Shown here: in pieces, positions 8,762 to 18,385 of the stretch
Numbering within the stretch: position 1 is the first letter of the stretch
How the letters are laid out: each line of letters starts with the position of its first letter
NCBI GenBank assembly: GCA_900320675.1
Contig: ONTD01000028.1
Location: 1-37,556 of the forward strand
Source: an uncultured bacterium
GTDB lineage: Bacteria; Cyanobacteriota; Vampirovibrionia; Gastranaerophilales; Gastranaerophilaceae
Reading direction: 5' to 3'
DNA: 37,556 nt
Position numbers and translations under genes: made by a program
The notes under the pieces: generated by a model
Databases searched by the model: none
What the model saw: only the letters and a program-made list of their open reading frames with translations
What the model was told of the DNA's origin: nothing

Positions 8762-8998
8762 GTGAAGAACCCTATTATAAATGAAATTAAAAATTTAGTA
8801 GCAGATAGAGATATGACTCTTACGGAACTTGCAAAGAGAATGAGTGAGAGGCTTGAGAGAAACTATTCTTTGGCAAGTTTATCGCAGAAGTTGCGTAACG
8901 GTACAATACCTTACCGTGAGGTGTTATTAATTGCAGAAATTTTAAACTATAAAATTGCATACTACGATTTAGTAGAGAAAAAGTTAAAGATATCCTAA
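8762..8998 (+). CDS. Small XRE-like helix-turn-helix protein (about 78 aa)
   Basis: MTLTELAKRMS...SLSQKLRNGT...EVLLIAEILNYKI resembles an HTH_3/XRE fold. I prefer the GTG at 8762 over the ORF-track GTG at 8756, because the AAGAGG RBS (8751-8756) abuts 8756. Confidence 0.5.
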   Translation: MKNPIINEIKNLVADRDMTLTELAKRMSERLERNYSLASLSQKLRNGTIPYREVLLIAEILNYKIAYYDLVEKKLKIS

Positions 8999-9009
8999 AT
9001 ATAGGTCTT

Positions 9010-11379
9010 TTATTTTATATCAACTACGGAAACACCATCCCCGCCCTCGGAATCGTTGCCCGGGCGGAATTTTTCTACGTACGGAGATGTGGATAGGTAG
9101 TCTCTGACCGCTGATTTCATCGCACCTGTGCCATGACCGTGTATAATCGTAACCGGTGATAGATTAGCAAGGCTTGCTTTATCTAAGTATACGTCTAATT
9201 TGTCAAGTGCGTCCTCAACTCTTACCCCTCTTAAATCAAGGCGATTTGATATATTTATTTTTTGAAGATTGAAACTATTCATTTTAGGTGGTGTATATGC
9301 CGGGGTGTTTGATTCATAGCTTTTGTCATATGGGGCAAGTCGTTTGGTATTTAATTTTGCCTTCATATTTCCCATTTGAACAAGTACATCTCCTTTTTTG
9401 TCGGGTAGTTCAAGTATTGTTACAAGCTGGTGAATATCTTTTAGGAGCAATTTGTCATTAATTTTTACAAGATTCCAATTGATAGTGCCGTATTCTTCTT
9501 TATCTTCGTGTTTATTTACTTTTTGAAGGTATCCTTCTTCCAGTTTAGCGAGTCTTGAGTATGACCTTCTTGCAATTTTTTCGGATTTTTCTTTTCTCAA
9601 TTCATCAAGTATGGTTTTTATTTCTGCTTTAGCCTCAAGCATTTCGTAGTCAAATTTTCTTTTAATATCTTTTATAGCCTTTTTCTTGTCGTTTTTAACT
9701 TCGGATAGTTTTTTTTCGTATTCGGACTTAATATTTTGTACTTCATCTTTAAGTTTTTCTGTTTCTTCCAGTGTAGAATTTAGTTTTTGCTGTGTTTCTT
9801 GGAGCTTTTCAACAACAATTATAGAAGGATCTTTTTGAGAAATTAAAGTTTCTTTTGCATTATTAATAATACTTTCGTCAAGTCCGAGACTTGATGATAT
9901 GGATATAGCATTACTTAATCCCGGAATTCCTATAAGAAGTCTATATGTAGGTTTTAGTGTTTCCGTATTAAATTCAACTGATGCATTTTTGAAGTACGGA
10001 TTAGAATATTCAAGAGCTTTTAATTCACCGTAGTGTGTGGTCAAGGTGGAAAACACTCCTTTTTGGGCAAGTTTTTCAAGAATACATTTTGCAAGAATTG
10101 CTCCTTCCACCGGATCTGTTCCTGCGCAAATTTCGTCGAGAAGTACAAAGCTTTCATCATCACTCTGTTCAACAATAGCTATTATATTTTTCATGTGTGA
10201 AGAGAATGTTGACAGGCTTTGAAGTATACTTTGAGCGTCGCCAATGTCAGCAAAAACCTTTTTAAACGGATAAATTTGAGCCGATATACAAGGTAAAAAC
10301 ATGCCTGCTCTTGTCATTAGAATGTATAACCCTATGGTTTTCAGAGTAACGGTTTTCCCGCCGGTATTTGAACCGGTAACAATAATAGATTTATACTCTT
10401 TTCCTATTTCAAAGTCATTAGTTACTATATTTTCAACCGTGCCGATTAAAAGCGGATGTTTAATTTTTGTCAGGGATATTTCTTTTCTGTCTGTCAAAAT
10501 TTCCGGCTCAGTTGCTTGTATTTTTACCGCATACCTTGCTTTGGCAAAGTGAAAATCAATTTCAGCAAGAATTTGTTCACTTTTTTTCAAAGATGGCAGA
10601 TGAAATTTCACAAGCTGAGTGAGTTGGGCAAGTATTCTTACGCATTCTGCGTGAATTTGAGCTTGAGTTTCTCTAAGTTTATTGTTTAGCGGAACAAGTG
10701 ATTCCGGTTCAATGTAGAACGACTTATTTGTAGCTGATACATCGTGTACGATTCCGTGGACCTTTGTTTTGTCAGAGGCTTTAACCTGAAAAACAACTCT
10801 TTCATCACGGGTTGTGTATATTGCTTCTTGAAGGTGTTTTACAAAATCCGGTGAATTTAACAGTTCGCCAATCTTAGAACGTATAGATTTTTCGGTTTCT
10901 CTTAAGGATGAGTATAAGCCTTTTAATTCAGGAGTTGCATCTTTTTTTATTTCCAAATTATCGTCAAATGTTGAAAATATCTTTTCTTCAAGTTCTCTTT
11001 CAGATGTCAGGTTTCTTGCAAGCTTATTCAGGGGTGATGATAGTTCACTGTTTTCGTTCATAAAATTACGAACTAATCTTGATGTCCTAAAAGTTTTGGC
11101 TATATCGACCAGTTCTTCTTCTGTAAGATAGCTTATTAAAGATGATTCTTCCAATTGTTTTATGTCGGCAACATATTCTATCGGTATGTCGTTTGGCATA
11201 TCAAGAATTTTTTTTGCATCTCGGGTGTATTCTTGAGCTTCTATAACTTGTTCAATATTTTCGTGCGGCAAAAGAGAAAGACATATTGCTTTACTTTGTT
11301 CGCATTTAGCAAATGTTGCTAATATCTCTTTGATTTTATCAAATTCTAATGCTTTAAGACTGTCTGAAATTATGCTCAT
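9010..11379 (-). CDS. mutS2: Endonuclease MutS2 (MutS domain plus C-terminal Smr)
   Basis: 789 aa with Walker A GSNTGGKTV, long coiled-coil linker and a C-terminal Smr domain (LDLRGVRVEDAL...TIIHGHGTGAMKSAV). Confidence 0.95.
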   Translation of the reverse strand: MSIISDSLKALEFDKIKEILATFAKCEQSKAICLSLLPHENIEQVIEAQEYTRDAKKILDMPNDIPIEYVADIKQLEESSLISYLTEEELVDIAKTFRTSRLVRNFMNENSELSSPLNKLARNLTSERELEEKIFSTFDDNLEIKKDATPELKGLYSSLRETEKSIRSKIGELLNSPDFVKHLQEAIYTTRDERVVFQVKASDKTKVHGIVHDVSATNKSFYIEPESLVPLNNKLRETQAQIHAECVRILAQLTQLVKFHLPSLKKSEQILAEIDFHFAKARYAVKIQATEPEILTDRKEISLTKIKHPLLIGTVENIVTNDFEIGKEYKSIIVTGSNTGGKTVTLKTIGLYILMTRAGMFLPCISAQIYPFKKVFADIGDAQSILQSLSTFSSHMKNIIAIVEQSDDESFVLLDEICAGTDPVEGAILAKCILEKLAQKGVFSTLTTHYGELKALEYSNPYFKNASVEFNTETLKPTYRLLIGIPGLSNAISISSSLGLDESIINNAKETLISQKDPSIIVVEKLQETQQKLNSTLEETEKLKDEVQNIKSEYEKKLSEVKNDKKKAIKDIKRKFDYEMLEAKAEIKTILDELRKEKSEKIARRSYSRLAKLEEGYLQKVNKHEDKEEYGTINWNLVKINDKLLLKDIHQLVTILELPDKKGDVLVQMGNMKAKLNTKRLAPYDKSYESNTPAYTPPKMNSFNLQKINISNRLDLRGVRVEDALDKLDVYLDKASLANLSPVTIIHGHGTGAMKSAVRDYLSTSPYVEKFRPGNDSEGGDGVSVVDIK

Positions 11380-11386
11380 AGGAAAA

Positions 11387-12106
11387 TTATATCACGGAAA
11401 AAGTATTAAAAGGACTTTCTTCTTTAGCCGTTATATATTTTACATCTTCACCTATTATATTCCTAAATACCTCAAGTACCTGTATTTCGCTTTCAAAATG
11501 TCCGATATCAAAAACCATTATCGGGCTTTCCAGTGCGGTATGAAATTTTAAATCTCCGGTAACGTATGCGTCAGCTCCGGCTTCAAATGCCTGCTCTATA
11601 AATTCCGAACCGCTGCCTGCACAAAATGCTATTTTTGTAAGAGTTGATTTATAATTATTGGTTGTATATCTGAATGACGGTGATATTTTACTTAAAATAT
11701 TTTTGAAATCTTCTGTTTTTACATTTGTTTGTGCGTATCTTACAAATCCTTCGTCTTTAATATAATTTTTTATATCTAATCCAAGTAAGGATATCTTTTT
11801 TACCAAAGAATCCGTAGTTCCGCCGTCTGCAAGATCCATATTTGTATGAGCGCAATATATATCAATTCCTTTGTAGTCAATAGGGACTGAAAACAGAGGA
11901 TGATGTGATATTATCATATCGCAGTGGTTTTCTCTTGCTTGAGTAACAATGTCTTGTGTAACTGTTAGTGCAAGCATAATATTATTTATATCTTTTTTTG
12001 ATGTTTCAACCAGCCAGCCTGCACAGTCCCATTTCTCTGCGGTGTGCAGCGGTGCAAAGTTTTCAATTTTTCGGATAATGCTGTATTTATCCATAAATTT
12101 CCTCAA
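11387..12106 (-). CDS. Nif3-family dinuclear metal centre protein
   Basis: 239 aa with NIF3 hallmarks (AEKWDCAGW, IISHHPLF, CAHTNMDLA, DIGHFESE). An alternative start at 12094 is possible. Confidence 0.85.
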   Translation of the reverse strand: MRKFMDKYSIIRKIENFAPLHTAEKWDCAGWLVETSKKDINNIMLALTVTQDIVTQARENHCDMIISHHPLFSVPIDYKGIDIYCAHTNMDLADGGTTDSLVKKISLLGLDIKNYIKDEGFVRYAQTNVKTEDFKNILSKISPSFRYTTNNYKSTLTKIAFCAGSGSEFIEQAFEAGADAYVTGDLKFHTALESPIMVFDIGHFESEIQVLEVFRNIIGEDVKYITAKEESPFNTFSVI

Positions 12107-13304
12107 GTATGTTTTTTGCTATTGTATATTTATCGGCTCTTTCAAGATGTTTAACAGTGCCGTCATTTTTTAGGATTGATACTTCGTTAAAATCGCTTGA
12201 AAATCCGATATCTTTTCTTGAGATGTCATTTGCTACCAAATAATCACAACCTTTATTTTTAATTTTATTTTTAGCGTTCTCAATTAAGTTTTCACTCTCT
12301 GCACAAAAACCTATAATAAGCGGTGCTTTTTGGGAAGCACAAGAATTTGAGGGTACTAAAACTTTTGCTCTTTTTTCGCATAGGCATTTTAATATATCCG
12401 GATTTTTGATTAACGTAATTGAGATTTCGTCTTCGGAAGTTTTTTTCATTTTATGATTAAGTTGATCTTTTGCCTTGTAATCCGCAACTGCGGCTGCCAT
12501 GATTATACAATCTGTGTTATCAAATTCTTTTTCTATTGCGATTTTCATATCTTCAGCCGATTTAACGTTGATGACTCCGTACGGTTTTGAAGTGTTGACA
12601 GTTGTAATTAATAAAACATCAGCGCCCATTTCGTATGCACAATCTGCCAAGGCTATTCCCATTTTGCCGGATGAATAATTAGAAATATATCTGACAGTAT
12701 CAATAGCTTCTATTGTACCGCCTGCTGTTATTACAATTTTTTTACCGGCTAAATTTTTATTTTTTAATGTGAGCAAATTTTCTGTTTTCTGGTAGATTTT
12801 TTCTAATTCGCATAATCTGCCTTTCCCGTTGTACCCGCACGCTAAAAAGCCTTCTTCCGGCTCAATTATATTATATCCGGCATGTTTAAGTTTATTTATA
12901 TTTTCCTGAACAAAAACGTTATTCCACATTCCGCAATTCATGGCCGGACAAATAATAACAGGTTTTGTAAATGCACAGGTTATAGAGGTAAGTAAATTAT
13001 CGCAAATCCCATTTGCAATTTTACCTATTGTGTTTGCAGTTGCCGGAGCGATTACCATGATATCCGCTTCGTCTGCGTATGAAATGTGTTCAGGTTTGTA
13101 ATTTTCTGTAGTAAATTCCTCTATACCGACTTCATTTTGGCTGAGATTTTGTAAAGTTAGCTTAGTTACAAAATTCAAGGCATTAGGGGTGCATACGACG
13201 CGTACATTTGCACCGGAACGCTTATACATTCTTATTAATTCACAAATCTTGTATGCGGCAATTCCGCCTGTTATGCCTATTAAAATATTTTTCCCGTTTA
13301 ACAT
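12087..13304 (-). CDS. coaBC: Bifunctional phosphopantothenoylcysteine decarboxylase / phosphopantothenate-cysteine ligase
   Basis: 405 aa. The N-terminal flavoprotein domain has GITGGIAAYK and the C-terminal CoaB domain has NYSSGKMG. Confidence 0.95.
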   Translation of the reverse strand: MLNGKNILIGITGGIAAYKICELIRMYKRSGANVRVVCTPNALNFVTKLTLQNLSQNEVGIEEFTTENYKPEHISYADEADIMVIAPATANTIGKIANGICDNLLTSITCAFTKPVIICPAMNCGMWNNVFVQENINKLKHAGYNIIEPEEGFLACGYNGKGRLCELEKIYQKTENLLTLKNKNLAGKKIVITAGGTIEAIDTVRYISNYSSGKMGIALADCAYEMGADVLLITTVNTSKPYGVINVKSAEDMKIAIEKEFDNTDCIIMAAAVADYKAKDQLNHKMKKTSEDEISITLIKNPDILKCLCEKRAKVLVPSNSCASQKAPLIIGFCAESENLIENAKNKIKNKGCDYLVANDISRKDIGFSSDFNEVSILKNDGTVKHLERADKYTIAKNILEEIYG

Positions 13305-13873
13305 TTTTCTTGTTCTCCGGTTATGATTTTTTCCAATGCCGAAATAGCATTTTCCACTTTATCGTTTATTACGGTGTAATCATATTGTTTTGCACATTCT
13401 AATTCTTTTTTGACTTCATTAAGTCTTTTTTGGATGGTTTCTTCATCCTCTGTGTGTCGACCTCTAAGACGTTGTTCCAGTTCTTCCAATGACGGCGGAG
13501 CAATGAAAATCAGTATGGCTTCAGGCATTTTCTTTTTTACTTGCAGGGCGCCTTTAGTTTCTATTTCTAATATAACATTCATTCCGTTATTTAGGCATTG
13601 GCGTATATATTTTTCTTTTGTCCCGTAGCGATTGCCGGCAAACTCTGCCCATTCAAGAAATTTGTCGTTATCAATGCATTCCTGAAATTGTTCTTTTGTC
13701 AGGAAAAAGTAATTTATTCCGTCTATTTCTCCGACTCGGGGAGCTCTTGTTGTACATGAAACAGAAAGTGCAAAATCAGGGTGCTTTGCCATAAACCCTT
13801 TTAAAACTGTGCCTTTGCCGACACCTGATGAGCCTGAGATTACATATAATTTTTTATTTGAACTGTTTTCCAT
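13298..13873 (-). CDS. gmk: Guanylate kinase
   Basis: P-loop GSSGVGKGT and the TTRAPR motif are present. The start is set at the internal ATG 13873 (MENSSNKKLYV), because the upstream extension overlaps both divergent promoters. TGTATAAT lies 6 nt upstream of this ATG. Confidence 0.93.
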   Translation of the reverse strand: MENSSNKKLYVISGSSGVGKGTVLKGFMAKHPDFALSVSCTTRAPRVGEIDGINYFFLTKEQFQECIDNDKFLEWAEFAGNRYGTKEKYIRQCLNNGMNVILEIETKGALQVKKKMPEAILIFIAPPSLEELEQRLRGRHTEDEETIQKRLNEVKKELECAKQYDYTVINDKVENAISALEKIITGEQEKC

Positions 13874-13879
13874 AGATTG

Positions 13880-13887
13880 ATTATACA
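13880..13887 (-). promoter_or_regulatory. TGTATAAT -10 element placed 6 nt from the gmk ATG (leaderless candidate)
   Basis: The minus strand reads TGTATAAT-caatct-ATG. Confidence 0.45.
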
Positions 13888-13894
13888 ATAAAAA

Positions 13895-13923
13895 TTTACA
13901 ATGCAATAAAAAAGTGATACAAT
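13895..13923 (+). promoter_or_regulatory. Sigma70-type promoter of pepA (TTTACA-17-TACAAT)
   Basis: Hexamers at 13895-13900 and 13918-13923. The RBS AGAGGAGAG lies downstream. Confidence 0.55.
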
Positions 13924-13947
13924 GGGCTCAAGAGAGGAGAGATATAA

Positions 13948-15339
13948 ATGGATATTAAAATTTCACAGGATTGCGACAAAGAAGTTCTTGTAATTAATAA
14001 GTTTGAGAATGAATTGACTTCACAAGAACTGGCAAATCAGTATGCCGTTGAGAAAGACGGTTTTGAAGGTAAATTGGGTACTACATATTTACTTCATACT
14101 TATGGTAAGGAAAATTTTGCAAAAATTCTTGTTGTCGGTTTTGGTAAAAAAGAAGAATTTAATGAAACGAAAATGACCGAAGCCGTAGCAAAGGCGATGA
14201 AAAAACTTGCACAAATTAAAGCAAAATCTGCGTGTTTTGCGTTTGAAAATGTTGAAGAATACGGTAAGTATGCGGTAATAGGTGCATATATCGGAGATTA
14301 TGCTTTTGATAAATATAAATCTGAAAAAGCACATCACATTGATGAAGTTGTGTTTGCAAACTTCAAAGAATCCGATGTAAATGAAGGTATTATTTTCGGA
14401 GAGGCAATGAAGTATTCCAGAGATATAGCAAATGAGCCTGCCGAGTACGCAACCCCTACAAGATTAGCTGATATGGCATCGGGTTTATCAGGATTAGATA
14501 CCAGAATATATAATAAAGAAGAAGTTGAAAAAATGGGTATGGGTGCTTATCTTGCGGTTGCAAGAGGAAGTGCTGAGCCTCCTAAATTTATACATATGAA
14601 ATATTCAAACGGAAATCCTAAAAAACGTATTGCTATCATAGGTAAAGGGTTATGTTTTGATAGCGGCGGTATGGATTTGAAGCCGGCATCATCTATGCTT
14701 ACCATGAGGGATGATATGTCTGGAGCCGCTTGTGTTCTTGGTGTTATGAGAGCTCTTACTTCAATAAAACCTCAAGATATTGAAATCCACGGTATAATAG
14801 CAGCTTGTGAAAATATGCCGGGGCAGCACGCTTATAAACCGGGAGATATATTAACCGCTAAAAACGGAAAAACTATTGAGGTTGATAATACCGATGCGGA
14901 AGGCCGTTTGACCTTAGCGGATGCTCTGTGTTATGCGTCTGAACTCGGTGTTGATGAAGTTATTGATATTGCAACGTTAACTGGTGCATGTATGGTTGCT
15001 TTAGGCTCTATTGCATCGGGTGTAATGGGTAATGATGAGGAAATGATTAAAAAAATCATTGATACCGCAAAAATAAGCGGTGAAAAATATTGGGAATTAC
15101 CTATGTTTGATGAATATATGAATGGTTTGAAATCTGATATCGCGGATATGAAAAATACAGGTTCAAGGTATGGCGGCGCATCCGCGGCAGGTGTATTCCT
15201 GAAAGAATTTGTAAAAGACGTGAAATGGGTGCATATTGATATTGCAGGTACTGCGTTTTTAGAAAAACCTCAAGGTATATTTATATACGGTTCAACCGGT
15301 GCAGGTGTAAGAACTTTGTTAAATTACTTGACTAAGTAA
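13948..15339 (+). CDS. pepA: Leucyl aminopeptidase (M17 family)
   Basis: 463 aa with the M17 signatures GKGLCFDSGG and NTDAEGRL. Confidence 0.95.
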   Translation: MDIKISQDCDKEVLVINKFENELTSQELANQYAVEKDGFEGKLGTTYLLHTYGKENFAKILVVGFGKKEEFNETKMTEAVAKAMKKLAQIKAKSACFAFENVEEYGKYAVIGAYIGDYAFDKYKSEKAHHIDEVVFANFKESDVNEGIIFGEAMKYSRDIANEPAEYATPTRLADMASGLSGLDTRIYNKEEVEKMGMGAYLAVARGSAEPPKFIHMKYSNGNPKKRIAIIGKGLCFDSGGMDLKPASSMLTMRDDMSGAACVLGVMRALTSIKPQDIEIHGIIAACENMPGQHAYKPGDILTAKNGKTIEVDNTDAEGRLTLADALCYASELGVDEVIDIATLTGACMVALGSIASGVMGNDEEMIKKIIDTAKISGEKYWELPMFDEYMNGLKSDIADMKNTGSRYGGASAAGVFLKEFVKDVKWVHIDIAGTAFLEKPQGIFIYGSTGAGVRTLLNYLTK

Positions 15340-15355
15340 AAATAAATTATAAATA

Positions 15356-15387
15356 AACAAGACCGGCATATTAATGCCGGTCTTGTT
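15356..15387. terminator. Bidirectional intrinsic terminator between pepA and nnrD
   Basis: Perfect 14-bp stem AACAAGACCGGCAT / ATGCCGGTCTTGTT with a 4-nt loop, flanked by A/T runs on both sides. Confidence 0.8.
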
Positions 15388-15397
15388 ATTTGTATAT

Positions 15398-16207
15398 TTA
15401 TAATAAAGTTTTAATAGCTTTTGGTATATATTTTATAATGTCAGATGCAAGTAAACTGTATTCGGTCAGTTCTTTTTTTGCAATATCAGCACATAATCCG
15501 TGTAAATATACCCCTAATTTAGCAGCATAAAAAGGTTCGCATTTTTGTGCCAATAAACCTGCTATAATTCCGGCAAGGACATCTCCGCTGCCTGCTTTTG
15601 AAAGTGCAGAGTTTCCTGTGTCGTTTGTGTATATTTCCAAATCCTTAGAACATACAACGGTATTATGCGATTTTAAAACTGTAACGCACGAGTATTTCTT
15701 AGACAAAACTTTTGCATAAAATTCCATATCCGATAGAACTTCTTCTGTACTTACCCCCAGCAATCCGGCGGCTTCTTTGGGATGCGGGGTAAGGATTAAG
15801 TTTTTCGGTAATGTTTTGATATCTAATTTTGCAAGAAGGTTAAGTCCGTCTGCATCAATTACTGTCGGAATATTTATATTAGAGTTAAAAACTTTATTGA
15901 ACAGCACATTTGATGTCCCTTCTGTAGAAAGACCGCAGCCGAATAATAGGACGTTGGCTTTTTCCAGTTGATTGCAAACATCTGATAACGGAGAAAAAAC
16001 GATATCAGAGGACTTTGCGGCGACAGCTTTAATCACTCTCAGAGTGGAGCATAATACAACGTAGCCGCAACCTACGGTTAGGGCAGCAATAGAAGAAAGA
16101 TATGCCGCCCCTGACATATAATCAGAACCGGATACGTTTAAAATCCTTCCGTATGTTCCCTTGTGGGAATTTTCTATTCTTTTTGGCATCTTAAAATCAC
16201 AAACCAT
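15398..16207 (-). CDS. nnrD: ADP-dependent NAD(P)H-hydrate dehydratase (YjeF C-terminal domain only)
   Basis: 269 aa with HKGTYGR near the N-terminus and GSGDVLAGI near the C-terminus. There is no epimerase domain. Confidence 0.85.
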   Translation of the reverse strand: MVCDFKMPKRIENSHKGTYGRILNVSGSDYMSGAAYLSSIAALTVGCGYVVLCSTLRVIKAVAAKSSDIVFSPLSDVCNQLEKANVLLFGCGLSTEGTSNVLFNKVFNSNINIPTVIDADGLNLLAKLDIKTLPKNLILTPHPKEAAGLLGVSTEEVLSDMEFYAKVLSKKYSCVTVLKSHNTVVCSKDLEIYTNDTGNSALSKAGSGDVLAGIIAGLLAQKCEPFYAAKLGVYLHGLCADIAKKELTEYSLLASDIIKYIPKAIKTLL

Positions 16208-16646
16208 TTTGTCGGATTACCTCATAGGCTACAATTGCAACGGAATTAGAAAGATTTAAGCTTCTTTGCCCCTCTTTCATCGGAATGGTGAGTGCATTCT
16301 TATCTTTTACATATTTTTCCGGCAGCCCTCTGGTTTCCGGTCCGAATACAATAAAATCGCCATCTTGAAAAGTTACATCAGTATATTTTCGTTTTGTTTT
16401 AGTTGTTAGATAATAAAAATTTGATTGAGGAAATTGAGCATACAAATCTTCCATATTTTCAATTTTATGCAAATCTACGCTATCCCAATAATCAAGTCCT
16501 GCACGTTTTGTGTACTTGCTGGACAGAGAAAACCCTAACTTGCCGACCAGATACAAACTTGCGCCGGTACAAGCACATAACCTTGCAATATTTCCGGTAT
16601 TCTGAGGGATTTCCGGCTCATATAAAACTACATTTAACTTTGCCAT
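16197..16646 (-). CDS. trmL: tRNA (cytidine/uridine-2'-O)-methyltransferase, SpoU/TrmL family
   Basis: 149 aa with NTGNIARLCACTGASLYLV and a C-terminal SLNLSNSVAIVAYE knot motif. Confidence 0.85.
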   Translation of the reverse strand: MAKLNVVLYEPEIPQNTGNIARLCACTGASLYLVGKLGFSLSSKYTKRAGLDYWDSVDLHKIENMEDLYAQFPQSNFYYLTTKTKRKYTDVTFQDGDFIVFGPETRGLPEKYVKDKNALTIPMKEGQRSLNLSNSVAIVAYEVIRQNGL

Positions 16647-17245
16647 TACTCAAACAACTTTCCGCTTTCGGCGATGACCGGAATGCCTCTTACTATGCAA
16701 AATATTATTGCTATCCACGCAAGCACTACGGCTATTGTATTAATTAAATTCGCCGCATTCTCAGGCAGCCCCGGAATATACGCTATACTTATCAATATAA
16801 ATGCCGCAACTTTTGCTACCGCATAACTTATTTTCATAAATTTTGATGCGCAAATATATTTTCCCCACTCTGTTGACTGCATTCCAAATGGTGTCATACC
16901 TTTAGTTAAGGCTACACTTCTGATATTGTCTGTTACAAATGCTCTTGTTACACAAATTATCGGGAATATTACAGGCAGCCAGCCGAGAACCGCAAATACA
17001 ATCCAATATATTGCCTCAACTATTCTATCGCCCATAATGTCAAGTACCGCACCGAGTTGAGACGCCTGACCGTATTTTCTTGCCAAATATCCGTCAACTC
17101 CGTCCATTGAAAAGGCTATTGCGGTTAGAATTACGGAAATAATATATGAGGTTGTCGTGTGTCTGAAAAGTAACGCTATTGCAGCAAATGCCACAAATAT
17201 TCTGCTTATTGATACTATATTTGCCGAATTCTTTTTGATGTCCAT
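16646..17245 (-). CDS. CDP-alcohol phosphatidyltransferase family protein
   Basis: Membrane protein with the DG(x2)AR(x8)G(x3)D(x3)D motif (DGVDGYLARKYGQASQLGAVLDIMGDR). Confidence 0.85.
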   Translation of the reverse strand: MDIKKNSANIVSISRIFVAFAAIALLFRHTTTSYIISVILTAIAFSMDGVDGYLARKYGQASQLGAVLDIMGDRIVEAIYWIVFAVLGWLPVIFPIICVTRAFVTDNIRSVALTKGMTPFGMQSTEWGKYICASKFMKISYAVAKVAAFILISIAYIPGLPENAANLINTIAVVLAWIAIIFCIVRGIPVIAESGKLFE

Positions 17246-17265
17246 ATATTCCCTCTTATTTCTGC

Positions 17266-18264
17266 TTATTTTTTAGTTCTGGAAAGTGCAAAGTTTACTT
17301 CATCAAGTTTTTTCCTTCGCTCTCCCAGCATAACCTTTTCAGCTTGCTCTAATATAGTTGTTACCATAAATCCGTTATCGCCGTCCGAACGAGCTTTTTT
17401 GCCCGTCTCACAGCAATTGATGAAATGCTGGCATTCTAATTTTAGCGGCTCTATTTCGAGGTAATCAAGCTTAATGTTCTGGGTAATATCCTTATTGTAA
17501 TTATCAAACACAACTAACTTATTTTCCGGAACGGTGTCATCTAAGATTGCGGTAGCTTTGGTACCTCTGACAAGCAGCTGAACATGTTTTCTCGGCGTAA
17601 TCCAGCTATCTGAAATTTGACCTACCATTCCGCCTTCAAATTCAATAGTCAAATGCGTGATATCCATAATATCGTTTCTGTCGGAAGAGCATCCGACAGC
17701 AGAAATTACACGAACAGGATCTTTTCCGGTTACGTAACTCATCATTGATACGTCGTGCGGCGCCAAATCCCACATTACACTTCTGTCGTTTTTGAAGAAG
17801 TTAATGTTCAACCTGTCGCTTTGTGCGTATACTATATCTCCGAGTTCACCCTCTTCAATGAGCATTTTTAATCTGTTAACTGCGGGATGATAAAGTAATA
17901 AATGCCCTACCATTAATACTAATCCCTTAGAATTCGCTACTTCCGTTAAATCTTTTGCTTCTTGTGCTACTGTCGAAATAGGCTTTTCAACGTATACGTT
18001 TTTGCCGGCATCAAGCATTGCGTGTACCATTTTGTAGTGAGTGTGGCTTGGCGTAACAACTGCAACAGAAGTTATGTCAGGATTATTTATTATCTCATTG
18101 AAATCATCCGTAACTTTTACTCCCGGATATTGTTCAAGTACCTTCTTACGGTTTTCTTCATCAATATCACATACGGTATCTAAAACCCCTAAGTTGTAGA
18201 AGTTTCTGACAATGTTTCTGCCCCATACTCCGCAGCCTATTACAGCAATTCTCTGTTCTGTCAT
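17266..18264 (-). CDS. Gfo/Idh/MocA-family NAD(P)-dependent oxidoreductase
   Basis: N-terminal Rossmann motif IAVIGCGVWGRN and the EKP motif (YVEKPIS). Confidence 0.85.
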   Translation of the reverse strand: MTEQRIAVIGCGVWGRNIVRNFYNLGVLDTVCDIDEENRKKVLEQYPGVKVTDDFNEIINNPDITSVAVVTPSHTHYKMVHAMLDAGKNVYVEKPISTVAQEAKDLTEVANSKGLVLMVGHLLLYHPAVNRLKMLIEEGELGDIVYAQSDRLNINFFKNDRSVMWDLAPHDVSMMSYVTGKDPVRVISAVGCSSDRNDIMDITHLTIEFEGGMVGQISDSWITPRKHVQLLVRGTKATAILDDTVPENKLVVFDNYNKDITQNIKLDYLEIEPLKLECQHFINCCETGKKARSDGDNGFMVTTILEQAEKVMLGERRKKLDEVNFALSRTKK

Positions 18265-18385
18265 TTTACTTATCCCTTAATTAAAAATATCTGTCTAAAG
18301 CTTACTCGCTCCTAATACTATGATACTTTACAAAAATATTTTTGCAAGTCGTTAAATTTGTTTAACATTTATATTCATCTAATAA

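Noticed and set aside
13874-13906. ORF-track N-terminal extensions, at gmk here and similarly at tolC 7713-7745, rplR 21481-21501, ribF 25356-25403, the GGDEF-like gene 28098-28169, the HEAT gene 30876-30893, the 76-aa ORF 32139-32189, the matrixin-like gene 33929-33949 and yraN 36827-36919.
   Set aside because: The extensions overlap promoters, terminators or the preceding gene, add non-homologous residues, and lack RBSs. Internal starts match family N-termini or have proper RBSs.
18362-18385. A reverse-oriented partial box (minus strand TGTTAA-ACAA-ATTTAA) just upstream of S2, facing the oxidoreductase operon.
   Set aside because: The second hexamer is degenerate and no 8-mer follows at N15. 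The operon has a plausible ordinary promoter (TTGCAA ... TATCAT). It is treated as chance or as an accessory half-site.
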